In this document: piece after piece, positions 1 to 12,150 of the stretch
Layout: each line of letters opens with the position of its first letter
How positions within the stretch are numbered: position 1 is the stretch's first letter
Assembly: GCF_006345805.1 (NCBI RefSeq)
Contig: NW_021832539.1
Coordinates: 1 to 52,264 of the forward strand
Direction of reading: 5' to 3'
Source: Octopus sinensis
Lineage: Eukaryota
DNA: 52,264 nt
Notes under the pieces: model-generated
The model's input: only the letters and a program-made list of their open reading frames with translations
What the model was told of the DNA's origin: nothing
The model's database searches: none
Position numbers and translations under genes: made by a program

Positions 1-589
1 TGATAATAATTGCAACTGGAACAAATCATTCCATAAGATATAGCTGAAACAAATATTGAGCAGTCAAAGTCCTTGTTTGGTAACTTTGCTCTGTATCTGA
101 TTCCTTTCATGCATTGGCAGATCTGGTGATGAGATACTAGAGATATACAGGGATATACATTTCACATTAATTTACATAAAATCTAGATCCCTACACAGAT
201 AACATGAATAATTTAGTCATATTCCAATGAAAAGCACAAAGAGACATTCTCTAAACTATCGAGAAAATATTCCAAGACTGATGGTTACTAAAGCAACATT
301 AAAGCCTCACCATCCATGAAGACCTCTCGTAACAAACAGAAATGTATTTCTGCCATTATTGGTGCAGCTTTATAATACTCATTATGAAGTAGAATAACAC
401 AGTAAATAATAATCCCCGAATTTCTACGATGTGGTAGAGGCCTACAATACAGGAGTTATGAAAAGTATTATACACTAGCATACCTATGTCCTCAAAAATG
501 CAGTCAACTTTATTAATGTTACAAAATGGCACATGAGTGCAGGGGGAGAAAACATATAAGTGTATATATATATATATAAAGAGGTATGT

Positions 590-756
590 TATAAGGTATT
601 TCTCCAAACATTTACTGTTTTCCTCATAATTTTTGAAAACCTGATTAAATTCGATGATTAATATATAAATTCTGTTATGATTCTTATTAGATAAGAATTT
701 AGAGATATATTCCATTGGTTTATTCCAAATAGATAACCCTTAAACATGTAGGTTTC
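590..756 (-). pseudogene. Degraded exon D of the tandem gene family (further copy starting at 4831)
   Basis: ctccag acceptor at 757-759. EYISKFLSNKNHNRIYIL resembles EIIRKFKKNLNKDEINEL in exon 21273-21463. Frameshift/stop lies near its 5' end. Confidence 0.4.
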
Positions 757-915
757 CTGGAGTTTTAATATAAATTAATAATTAAAATAATAATGACAAT
801 AATAAATCAAAAATAAAAGAAGAGTGCCATTGTTATCAAGTGAACGATAGTTTGACATCTCGTGTGTCTTCAACCGGTTCAAAAATTAATTTTGTCAATC
901 TACTTCATTTTGGCG

Positions 916-1082
916 AATATATAAAGGATTGAGGTACCTCCTCCAGATATAGAAACAAAATAAAAGAAGAGTGTCATTGTCATCAAATCACAAGATGTCA
1001 AAATATCCTTCACATGATGACAATAGCACTCTTTTGTTTTTGCTTCTATATCTAAAGGAGTTACCTAAATTCTTTATATATT
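916..1082. repeat. Fold-back/MITE-like inverted repeat with ~70-bp arms (second copy about 4993-5158)
   Basis: 916-985 is the imperfect reverse complement of 1015-1082; followed by an (AAT/ATT)n tract. Confidence 0.7.
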
Positions 1083-1259
1083 AATAATAATAATATTAAT
1101 ACGAATAATAATAATAATAATAATTATTATTATTATTATTGTAAAGGAGTATGAAGTAGCATTTCATGAATTTTAATTTTCATTTTGATTTAAATGCAAC
1201 TGAATATTGACCTACACAAGTTTCCATTACATTGATTAGTAACCATTGTAATTGTAACT

Positions 1260-1319
1260 TTACTGTAATACTGGTACAGTTTCTTGAAGGTCTTCATTGT
1301 GATATCCTTTCCGATCGAA
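1260..1319 (-). CDS. Putative terminal exon C, copy 1 (FDRKGYHNEDLQETVPVLQ*)
   Basis: ctttcaccag acceptor; phase 0 fits exon B; TAA at 1260-1262. Confidence 0.45.
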   Translation of the reverse strand, partial: FDRKGYHNEDLQETVPVLQ

Positions 1320-1680
1320 CTGGTGAAAGTTTCATGTTAATTTTAGTATTACATTAAATAAAGTGGTGTTAAACGTTAATTCAGATGTGAACTTTATTTT
1401 GAATTCCAAGAATTGATTGGATAATTTCTCGTTTGTTTCTTGGAGTCAGTTATTTCAAAATATATCATTCGATTGATTATATTATGATTGATTATTTAGC
1501 ACTTATTTATATTGTGTAAAATTAATTTCCCTTCTTATGTAAACATCTTAATTTTTGTTCGTGTCTAAAATTTATTACATTATACTTTTTGATAAAATTC
1601 TTCTATGCACAGGTCTTATTTATTTGTCCCTGGTCTATAAGCAGTACTAATTATTTCTCTAGATTGCTAGGCCTTTACAG

Positions 1681-1827
1681 TTCCAGGCTTGACAAGCTAC
1701 CACTAAAATGGCAAAAGTGTATTGACAATATAGATGCATAGCTTGATGAATAAAACAATTCCTTGTATTTATAAAACATGAGCAAACTTTTTTCGTTTCT
1801 ACAAATTTCATACTTTATGACCTAATA
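1681..1827 (+). mobile_element. Tc1/mariner 3' end remnant
   Basis: Encodes KLPLKWQKCID...DE*, like a mariner transposase C-terminus, followed by a TIR-like end. Confidence 0.6.
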
Positions 1828-1992
1828 GAAGCATTTTGTACCAATGTGAGGAAATATATGAAAATATTCACAAAGAGGATATGCAAAGTTCATTTTACAC
1901 AATCCAGTGATGAAATTATCAACAATTCATTTATCACAATTTATGAAACCAACAAAAATAAATCAAAATTTAAAAGTTAAAAAAAGACTTAC

Positions 1993-2029
1993 TCTTTTTA
2001 GTTTCTTGAATATTTTATCAAGTAAGTCA
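1993..2029 (-). CDS. Micro-exon B, copy 1 (S-DLLDKIFKKLKR)
   Basis: ttttgcag acceptor, gtaagt donor, 37 nt, phase 2 to 0, open frame. Confidence 0.7.
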
Positions 2030-2499
2030 CTGCAAAATATGTAAATGTGAAAATTCCAGATTAGTAAAATGAATCTGTCATTATGAGGCTAGAGTCTAAT
2101 ATTTCAGTCTTTATCTTTTAACTGAAAGAAAGAATGAAATGGAATCAAGAAAAGGAAGTGAAACTAAAATTTAAGGAAATGTATGGCAGCTGAAAAGTTA
2201 TAACCAGTGAGAGTGATTGGATCAGAGAAGGAAGGTGAGAGGTGAACAAGGAGTAAAGGAAAGTAAGAAATTAAGGCAGTAGTTTGAAAAAAGCAATTTC
2301 TCAAAGAAAGATAAGTAGGAATATACTGAAAATTGTAAGAGTGGGAGAAAAGATGGAGAAACTATTTGTGACAGAGGTAAGTAACAAATAAGAGGAACCA
2401 TACTTTAAAAATAGATTTATTCACACACACACACACACACACCTTAAAATTAGATTTATTTACACACACACACACACAAACACACACACATACACACAT

Positions 2500-2960
2500 G
2501 GGAAGGTAATAGTGATGGAGTTGGTGATGTGGGCATACTCCTAACCGAGAAATGGGTGGGTAAGATCATAGAAGTAGTTAGTGTATGTGATAGAGTACTT
2601 ATGCTCAGGCTAGTCTTGCAGAATAGTATAGCTACAATTATATCTGTCTGCACCCAACAAGTGGGCCAACCAAATGAACAGAATGACCACTTTTATTTTT
2701 GATCTCCAACACCAACTTCAGGAAGCCAGCAAGCCACCTGATAACCTATTACTTAGGTGACTCTGTTAGGCAGATAGATTTCATTCTCACCAGACTGCAT
2801 GATGCATGACTGCTCTTAAATGCAAAGACCCACCCTGGTGAAAAATGTAGCCCCAGCATAGACTAGTCATTAGTGACTTTAGACTCCAGGCCAGAAAGAT
2901 GCTAAGAAGCAGCCAGTCTGGAAAAGAAGGATCTGGCAGCTTGAGAACCCTTTGTTTGGT
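2500..2960 (+). mobile_element. RTE-type LINE APE-endonuclease fragment, internally deleted
   Basis: Same sequence as 6599-7240 but lacking about 280 bp (junction ttttat|ttttgatctcc near 2695). Confidence 0.85.
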
Positions 2961-3450
2961 CAGAGTTAAACTTCACTTTCTTTAGTGCATAGGTCAGCAA
3001 AAAATTTGAATTTTGTTGATCAGTATTATAAATGAAATAGCTGCCTTAAGAGATATGAACCTAGAGAAATGATGGATTATTATATTAAATGCCAAACAAA
3101 TTTTCTTTAATGCCTTCTGTTGATTTCCATCCTTCTACTATTCATCAATAATACCAATAGTCTAATTGAGTAAGATTTGGAAGTATAGCAATTTAGTATA
3201 CATATCCATCATATTATGAGATAATAATTTACAAGGAAATCAACAATGTCCCTTGCTCATTGCTTTAAAATTATCAACATTTCCAGGAGAGGTTTTTGTT
3301 TGCTAATAACTGAATTAATCTCAACTGATCAGATATCTCTAATTGCTGGGATAATCTCAGCTGATCCCCTATACACCATAATTGGAACCCTGCTATATAT
3401 ATATATGTACTTATATATTAACAGATTTAGGCATATGTTTCTTGCATTAC

Positions 3451-3482
3451 CTCTCTTCATCTGAGCTGTCCATTTCATCTTC
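3451..3482 (-). CDS. Micro-exon A, copy 1 (EDEMDSSDEE-S)
   Basis: ttcttttaatttcag acceptor, gtaatg donor, 32 nt, phase 0 to 2, joins exon B in frame. Confidence 0.7.
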
Positions 3483-3958
3483 CTGAAATTAAAAGAAATG
3501 ATATTGAACGTTAGAAGGAATGACAGAATTCCAACTTGTTACAACAGATTATACACAGAAGACCTTACTGAATATAAATAGTACAACAGGTGAGAGTAGT
3601 GACAATTTTCTGATGGAGATTATGCAATCCATATTATCACAGATACACATGATTTCTTTTTTTCTTATTTATAGTTTTAGCATGGTACACTGGTTTTGAC
3701 ATAGGATTTGAATGGAAGAAATCTTTTAACTAAAAACAGTGTCAAATGATGATATGAGAATTATTATTTAATCAATTTAAACATTGTGTAAAATTCAAAG
3801 TCATATGAGACTTAGAAATGTATACAATACCCCACAACTAGCTTTAAAAATGACTAAAAAGAAGAGACGAAAGAGTGTAAATAGAGAACAATTAAAAGGT
3901 CATGTTACTGAATAGTCATTTAATTTTCATGTATTGGACGATCTTTTATTTGACGTAC

Positions 3959-4440
3959 CTTGAAAGAAAATTGCACCTACAGCCCTGATTAACATTTTAA
4001 AATCAAAATTCCAAACAACCTCTCTCTCAGATTGATAATAATTGCAACTGGAACAAATCATTCCATAAGGCATCTGAATAATTCCCAGATGAACACAATC
4101 ATGATTCTATATAATATATTCCTGGCAGAATATAGCTGAAACAAATATTGAGCAGTCAAAGTCCTTGTTTGGTAACTTTGCTATGTATCTGATTCCTTTC
4201 ATGCATTGGCAGATCTGGATGAGATACTAGAGATATATAGAGATATACATTTCACCTTAATTTACATAAAATCTAGATCCCTACACAGATAAGATGAATA
4301 ATTTAGTCATATTATAATGAAAAGCACAAAGAGACATTCTCTAAACCTATCAAGAAAATATTCCTAGACTGATGGTTACTAAAGCAACATTAAAGCTTCA
4401 CCATCCATGAAGACCTCTCGTAACAAACAGAAATGTATTT
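3959..4440 (-). pseudogene. Degraded long exon F, deleted copy
   Basis: Ends at AAG|gtacgt donor; protein-like frames with several stops; lacks about 270 bp relative to 8223-8965. Confidence 0.35.
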
Positions 4441-5154
4441 CTGCCATTATTGGTGCAGCTTTATAATGCTCATTATGAAGCAGAATAACACAGAAAATAA
4501 TAATCCCCGAATTTCTACGATGTGGTACAGGAGTTATGAAAAGTATTATACACTAGCTTACCTATGTCCTCAAAAATGCAGGCAACTTTATTAATGACAC
4601 AAAATGGCACATGAGTGCAGGGGGAGAAAACATATAAGTGTATATATATATAAAGAGGTATGTTATAAGGTATTTCTCCAAACGTTTACATGTTTTCCTC
4701 ATAATTTTTGAAAACCTGATTAAATTCGATAATTAGTATATAAATTCTGTTATGATTCTTATTAGATAAGAATTTAGAGATATATTCCATTGGTTTATTC
4801 CAAATAGATAACCCTTAAGCATATAGGTTTCCTGGAGATTTAATATAAATTAATAATTAAAATAATAATGATAATAATAAGAGCAAAAATAAAAGAAGAG
4901 TGCCATTGTTATCAAGTGAACGATAGTTTGACATCTCTTGTGTCTTCAACAGGTTCAAAAATAAATTTTGTCAATCTACTTCATTTTGGTGAATATATAA
5001 AGGATTGAGGTACCTCCTCCAGATATAGAAAAAAATAGAAGAAGAATGTCATTGTCATCAAGTCACAAGATGTCAAAATATCCTTCACATGATGACAATA
5101 GCACTCTTTTGTTTCTGCTTCTATATCTAAAGGAGTTACCTCAATCCTTTATAT

Positions 5155-5201
<47 letters not shown>

Positions 5202-5203
5202 TA

Positions 5204-5245
<42 letters not shown>

Positions 5246-5361
5246 AAGGAGTATGAAGTAGCATTTCATGAATTTTAATTTTCATTTTGATTTAAATGCA
5301 ACTGAATATTGACCTACACAAGTTTCCATTACATTGGTTAGTAACCATTGTAATTGTAACT

Positions 5362-5421
5362 TTACTGTAATACTGGTACAGTTTCTTGAAGGTCTTCATT
5401 GTGATATCCTTTCTGATCGAA
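5362..5421 (-). CDS. Putative terminal exon C, copy 2 (FDQKGYHNEDLQETVPVLQ*)
   Basis: Acceptor at 5422-5424; TAA at 5362-5364. Confidence 0.45.
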   Translation of the reverse strand, partial: FDQKGYHNEDLQETVPVLQ

Positions 5422-5780
5422 CTGGTGAAAGTTTTATGTTAATTTTAGTATTACATTAAATAAAGTGGTGTTAAACGTTAATTCAGATGTGAACTTTATT
5501 TTGAATTCCAAGAATTGATTGGATAATTCCTCATTTGTTTCTTGGAGTCAGTTATTTCAAAATATATCGTTCGATTGATTATATTATGATTGATTATTTA
5601 GCACTTATTTATATTGTGTAAAATTAATTTCCCTTCTTATGTAAACATCTTAATTTTTGTCCGTGTCTAAAATTTATTACATTATACTTCTTGATAAAAT
5701 TCTTCTATGCACAGGTCTTATTTATTTGTCCCTGGTCTATAAGCAGTACTAATTAATTTCTAGATTGCTAGGCCTTTACA

Positions 5781-5927
5781 GTTCCAGGCTTGACAAGCTA
5801 CCACTAAAATGGCAAAAGTGTATTGACAATATAGGTGCATACCTTGATGAATAAAACAATTCCTTGTATTTATAAAACATGAGCAAACTTTTTTCGTTTC
5901 TACAAATTTCATACTTTATGACCTAAT
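5781..5927 (+). mobile_element. Tc1/mariner 3' end remnant (duplicated copy)
   Basis: Encodes KLPLKWQKCIDNIGAYLDE*. Confidence 0.6.
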
Positions 5928-6093
5928 AGAAGCATTTTGTACCAATGTGAGGAAATATATGAAAATATTCACAAAGAGGATATGCAAAGTTCATTTTACA
6001 CAATCCAGTGATAAAATTATCAACAATTCATTTATCACAATTTATGAAACCAACAAAAGTAAATCAAAATTTAAAAGTTAAAAAAAGACTTAC

Positions 6094-6133
6094 TCTTTTC
6101 AGTTGCTCGAAATATTCATCAACTTCTAAGTCA
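6094..6133 (-). CDS. Micro-exon B, copy 2 (S-DLEVDEYFEQLKR)
   Basis: ttttgcag acceptor, gtaagt donor, 40 nt, phase 2 to 0. Confidence 0.7.
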
Positions 6134-6598
6134 CTGCAAAATATGTAAATGTGAAAATTCCAGATTAGTAAAGTGAATCTGGCATTATGAGGCTAGAGTC
6201 TAATATTTCAGTCTTTATCTTTTAACTGAAAGAAAGAATGAAATGGAATTAAGAAAATGGAAGTGAAACTAAAATTTAAGGAATTGCATGGCAGCTGAAA
6301 AGTTATAGCCAGTGAGAGTGATTGGATCAGAGAAGGAAGGTGAGAGGTGAACAAGGAGTAAAGGAAAGTAAGAAATTAAGGCAGTAGTTTGAAAAAAGCA
6401 ATTTCTCAAAGAAAGATAAGTAGGAATATACTGAAAATTGTAAGAGTGGGAGAAAAGATGGAGAAACTATTTGTGACAGAGGCAAGTAACAAATAAGAGG
6501 AACCATACTTTAAAAATAGATTTATTCACACACACACACACACACACCTTAAAATTAGATTTACTTACACACACACACAAACACACACATACACACAT

Positions 6599-7240
6599 GG
6601 GAAGGTAATAGTGATGGAGTTGGTGGTGTGGGCATACTCCTAACTGAGAAATGGTTAGATAAGATCACAGAAGTAGTTAGAGTATGTGATAGAGTACTTA
6701 TGCTCAGGCTAGTCTTGCAGAATAGTATAGCTACAATTATATCTGTCTGCACCCAACAAGTGGGCCTACCAAATGAACAGAAGGACCACTTTTATGATAT
6801 TCTTCTGCAGGCTACCTCCAAGATGAGTGACAATGATCTCATATTCATGACTGGGGATTTCAATGGGCATGTTGGACGGCAGCCCAGCATCTACCATCGT
6901 GTTCATGGGGGCCATGGAATTGGTCCCTGAAGCGAAGAGGGAGCAAGGCGACTGGAGTTCTGTGATGCAAATAACTTTTTGATCTCCAACACCAACTTCA
7001 GGAAGCCAGCCAGCCACCTGATAACCTATTACTTAGGTGACTCTGTTAGGCAGATAGATTTCATTCTCACCAGACTGCGTGATGCATGACTGCTCTTAAA
7101 TGCAAAGACCCACCCTGGTGAAAAATGTAGCCCCAGCATAGTCTAGTCATTAGTGACTTTAGACTCCAGGCCAGAAAGATGCTAAGAAGCAGCCAGTCTG
7201 GAAAAGATGGATCTGGCAACTTGAGGACCCTTTGTTTGGT
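6599..7240 (+). mobile_element. RTE-type LINE APE-endonuclease fragment
   Basis: GVGILL, GDFNGHVG, NTNFRK and QIDFILTR endonuclease motifs; contains stops. Confidence 0.9.
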
Positions 7241-7714
7241 CCTTTCTTTAGTGCATAGGTCAGCAAAAAATTTGAATTTTGTTGATCAGTATTATTAATG
7301 AAATAGCTGCCTTAAGAGATATGAACCTAGAGAAATGATGGATTATTATATTAAATGCCAAACAAATATTCTTTAGTGCCTTCTGTTGATTTCCATCCTT
7401 CTGCTATTCATCAATAATACCAATATTCTAATTGAGTAAGATTTGGAAGTATAGCAATTTAGTATACATATCCATCATATCATGAGATAATAATTTCCAA
7501 GGAAATCAACAATCTCCCTTGCTCCTTGCTTTAAAATTATCAACATTTCCAGGAGAGGTTTTTGTTTGCTAATAACTGAATTAATCTCAACTGATCAGAT
7601 ATCTCTAATTACTGGGATAATCTCAGCTGATCCCCTATACACCATAATTGGAACCCTGCTATATATATATGTACTTATATATTAACAGATTTAGGCATAT
7701 GTTTCTTGCATTAC

Positions 7715-7746
7715 CTCTCTTCACCTGAGCCGTCCATTTCATCTTC
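7715..7746 (-). CDS. Micro-exon A, copy 2 (EDEMDGSGEE-S)
   Basis: Same splice sites as copy 1; two substitutions, both non-synonymous. Confidence 0.7.
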
Positions 7747-8222
7747 CTGAAATTAAAAGAAATGATATTGAACGTTAGAAGGAATGACAGAATTCCAACT
7801 TGTTACAACAGATTATACACAGAAGACCTTACTGAATATAAATAGTACAACAGGTGAGAGTAGTGACCATTATCTGATGGAGATTATGCAATCCATATTA
7901 TCACAGATACACATGATTTCTTTTTTTCTTATTTATAGTTTTAGCATGGTACACTGGTTTTGACATAGGATTTGAATGGAAGAAATCTTTTAACTAAAAA
8001 CAGTGTCAAATGATGATATGAGAATTATTATTTAATCAATTTAAACATTGTGTAAAATTCAAAGTCATATGAGACTTAGAAATGTATACAATACCCCACA
8101 ACTAGCTTTAAAAATGACTAAAAAGAAGAGACGAAAGAGTGTAAATAGAGAACAATTAAAAGGTCATGTTACTGAATAGTCATTTAATTTTCATGTATTG
8201 GACGATCTTTTATTTGACGTAC

Positions 8223-8866
8223 CTTGAAAGAAAATTGCACCTACAGCCCTGATTAACATTTTAAAATCAAAATTCCAAACAACCTCTCTCTCAGATTGAT
8301 AATAATTGCAACTGGAACAAATCATTCCATAAGGCATCTGAATAATTCCCAGAACACAATCATGATTCCATACAACATATTCCTGACAGAATATAGCTGA
8401 AACAAATATTGAGCAGTCAAAGCCCTTGTTTGGTAACTTTGCTCTGTATCTGATTCCTTTCATACATTGGCAGATCTGGATGAGATACTAGAGATATATA
8501 GAGATATACATTTCACCTTAATTTACATAAAATTTAGATCCCTACACAGATAACATGAATAATTTAGTCATATTCCAATGAAAAGCACAAAGAGACATTC
8601 TCTAAACCTATCAAGAAAATATTCCAAGACTGATGGTTACTAAAGCGACTTGGCCTTAACATACCCGAAGACTTCTTGTAACAAACAAAAATATATCTTG
8701 CATAGAAAAAAAATATTACTGAATAAACTGGTCTTCTTCTTCTTCATAACCAAACAGTATTTCATCCCCATCAACTCTACAGATCCTCTATAAAGCTCAG
8801 ATGAAACCATCAAATATGTAGTTCTCATATACTTGAGATGGTACTGTTGCTACACAAAGTGACATC
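8223..8866 (-). pseudogene. Degraded long exon F
   Basis: ttttcacatgttccag acceptor and gtacgt donor; in-frame stops; weak similarity (YExY...EIxFG) to ORF 19934-20270. Confidence 0.35.
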
Positions 8867-9316
8867 CTGGAACATGTGAAAAGAAAAGCCACATGACTGA
8901 TTAAGCATTCACTTAATGTCTAATAGAGAGTCATGCTGACTCCTCTCTCTCTCTCTCTCTCTCTGCATTTCTGCCACTATTGCATTGGCTTTATAATATT
9001 CCTTATGTAGCATAATAACACAGAAAATAATAATCAACAAATTTCTAAGATGTGGTGGAGGATTACACTAAAGGGGTTATGAAAAGTATCATACACTAGC
9101 ATACCCATGTCATCAAAAATGCAGGCAATTTTATTAATGATACAAAACAGCACATCAACACAGTAGGAGAAAACATTGATAAATGCCAGCTATCAAGTAA
9201 ATGTATGTACACACACACAATCGAAGCATTTGAAGAATTTTATACAGTTGTAAAATTCGATTGAAAATAACTTCCACATGATACGCGCGCGTGTATGTGT
9301 GTGTGTGTGTGTGTGT

Positions 9317-9458
9317 AGGTATGTTATAAGGTATTTCTCCAAATGTTTACTGTTTTCCTTACGGGTTTTGAAAAATTGGTTAATTTCAGCGATTAGCATA
9401 TAAATTCTGTTATAATTGGTTTATTCCAAATAGATAATCCTTAAACCGTATATGTTTC
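9317..9458 (-). pseudogene. Degraded exon D, diverged paralog
   Basis: ctccag acceptor; YNRIYMLIAEINQFFKTRKENSKHLEKYLITY matches the 590-756 copy. Confidence 0.4.
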
Positions 9459-9527
9459 CTGGAGTATTAATATAAATAATAACAACAATAATAGTGATGG
9501 TGATGACAATATTCTGCCCAATACTAT

Positions 9528-9845
9528 AGATTTGCTTGTCAGTTGTTTGGCCTTAACCACCTTAGTGGCTGACAATATGTGCATCTTTAATCACAACCTG
9601 AAGTAGTGTGATTAGTGTGCATCATAACCATGTGTTGAGAGGAATTCTTTGGGGTTTAAATAATTCACCTCTGGAAACATGGGTGTTTCATTCAATACCC
9701 TTAAGCAACCTTTATTCAGGGGCTTTTTGAGTGGGATGAGCTATTCACCCCGAAGAAAATTCTAACCTGCAAGGTCATGCGCTTTTAATCTTCATGAGAT
9801 CACTATGTCAGGCACATGTGGTTGTAATGCACGCGCTTGTTGTAC
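9528..9845 (+). repeat. Interspersed repeat (SINE-like or LINE UTR); inverse copy at about 47165-47580
   Basis: Direct sequence match between the two locations. Confidence 0.7.
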
Positions 9846-9899
9846 AAGTCAAAATTGTCACGTCCTGTCACAGGAAAGATAAAATAATGAAGCCATTAC

Positions 9900-11740
9900 A
9901 GCGTCGGCTCAGGTGCCTTTTGGAATTATGGATAGGGTTTGTCTGAAATCACTAGACAGGAGAGAAATGCCTCCTATGGAGTTAATGCAGCCCCTGATGT
10001 CTTTCAGGGTCCTGTCCAGTGCTTCATGGGATCCTTTATGTGCCATGGTGCATTCATCCCAAACAATGACCTGGCACCTTTGTAGCACTTCTGCCTTGCC
10101 GGAGTCTTTTGTATTATTGCAGGTGGCTGAGTCAGACACAGAAGCATTAAATGGGAGTTTGAAGATCGAATGAGCAGCCTACTCCCGGGCACAGTAGAGT
10201 CATGGCAATTCCAGAAGAAGCTACAGCTAAAGAGATCTCCTTTTGTTGGCGTACTTTTGCAAGGAGAAGTTTAGTCACGAATGTTTTACCAGTTCCTCCT
10301 GGGACATCTAAAAAGAAAATACCACCTTTGCATTCACGAATGGAAGTGTAGACAGCGCTGTATGTGTGCTGCTGGTCCTGAAGCAACCTCGGCTCAGTTC
10401 CGTCGATGTATTATTGAAAAGCATCGATGTCGGAGGCTGTTTCCTGAATAATGCATATTGGTAGTATGTGTGAGCTCGTTCTGCTGACTTTTGGTAGACT
10501 ATAAAATGAAAGATCGTAACTGCTGGAAGTAAGTAGGCTGCCCTCAATGTCGAGTGCTCTGTTGAAGAATTCATCATTGAAACTGATGTTTAAGTGGCAA
10601 CAGAAGTTGTTCTTGGTGGTGGTAGTCCTCTGAAAGGTCTTCCTTGTATTTCTCCCATAAGGTGACAGGATCACTGAGTTCGCATGTTTGCAATAGCACT
10701 GCAAAGAGTTTTTGAAGACTCCTCGCTGAGCGTATTGTAACAGCTTCCACCATTGTTGTGTCAGACTGAGCGTCGTCTTCTAGCAGTCTGCTTTACAGCA
10801 GGCTCGCAGTATGTAGTAAAAACTTCACCTTTGAAGTTTTTCAGGTTGTCAAAAGATGTCAGTCCCATGACCTCATGCAGCAGTAGGCAAAAGTAAAATA
10901 ATTCTTGTTGGTTAGGGTGAACTGTGTAAACTCTTCCAAGGGTGGGGTACACGATCTTAAGTTTGGCTGTCCCTCGACGGGTTGTCCTTGTTTTCTTGAT
11001 TCCCAAATGTGTGTTTTCTTTTTCCAAATGTAATATGATGGAACCTGAGGATACAGGAGTGTCTTGGCAAAGGGGTCATTGTGCATAGTCTGAAGAAGGC
11101 AGTGAGCACGGTATCCATGGGTTCTTGTGCCAGCTGGAGAAGTTGACACCCTGGCTGCTCTCAAGATTCAAAACTTGAAAATAAATCGATTTTTTCAGTT
11201 TGATGTGGTTTTTTGTCGCACAGGGATGCCTTTGGACATAGAACAGACACTTGATAGAACTGCTATTACATGTGGTTTTTTGGCTGTAAAACCAAAGAAA
11301 TTGGACTTTCCAGTAAAAAGTTTTCTACCGTGTAATTTTGCAAAATTGCGAAAAATCAATTTTTTTCAAAGTTTTTCGCAATTTTCTTGGGAATCAGAGG
11401 CCCCAAAGTAGTGCCAGAATATTTGTTTGAAATGTCACAACATAACGGTCCTGTTGACACCAAAATTATAAAAATGGGACGTTCCTGTAAAAACTTTTCA
11501 TGTGTAACTTTAACCATTTTTTGCAAAAGGTGTGTGTGTGGTGGGGTCACTTCAGTTTTATCGAATTTTATCCTAGAAGGGTGTATCTGTAGGCATCGGT
11601 AATGTAGCCGTGACCTGCCTGGGTAAATTTGCTATTTAATAAAAAAAAAAAATCATCAAAATTGGATGAAAAATGTGGAAACGCATAAAAAGCATACACA
11701 CACACACACACACACATATTTTGAGTTTTATATATATATG
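9900..11740 (-). mobile_element. Degraded Helitron (RepHel, PIF1-like helicase part, plus probable 5' end)
   Basis: PGGTGKT Walker A, VASSGIA, IVWDECTM, DFRQTL and LGRVYTVHP motifs across frameshifted ORFs; Helitron-like 5' terminus with (TG)n near 11600-11740. Confidence 0.85.
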
Positions 11741-12150
11741 TGTGTGTGTGTGTGTATGTATATTCGTATATAGATATATGTATATATATGCATGTATATA
11801 TATATATAGAGAGAGAGATATATATGTGTATGTATGTGTGTATGTACGTATATGTGTATATTTCAATTTTAGATGAGATATAAGCATATCTTGATCCTCT
11901 GAGGACTGATTTTCTAATGGCAGGCCACATGTACTCTATTCCATTGTATTAATTTTAAGATCCCAAATTGGATAGTTAGTGTTGTCATGTCACTTTGCTG
12001 TGGCTGGCATGGCTATACAATTTACAGAATAGACAGTGTTCAATTCCCATGGATTGCCATAAAACTTTTTCTCTGTCTTCTTGTTTATAAGATGGATAAC
12101 ACCACACCTTTGTATTGAATGAAATATGTTATTCATTGACAAACTTCTAG

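Larger units (their letters stand above)
1..8646. repeat. Recent tandem segmental duplication (units about 295-4385 and 4386-8646, plus partial unit 1-294)
   Basis: TGATAATAATTGCAACTGG recurs at 1, 4033 and 8297. Collinear near-identity covers exons, introns and shared TE relics. Confidence 0.95.

Noticed and set aside
11568-11930. ORFs rich in Y/I/H/T/C/V (also 17961-18290, 29805-30056, 35258-35770)
   Set aside because: Translations of (TA)n, (CA)n and (TG)n microsatellites.
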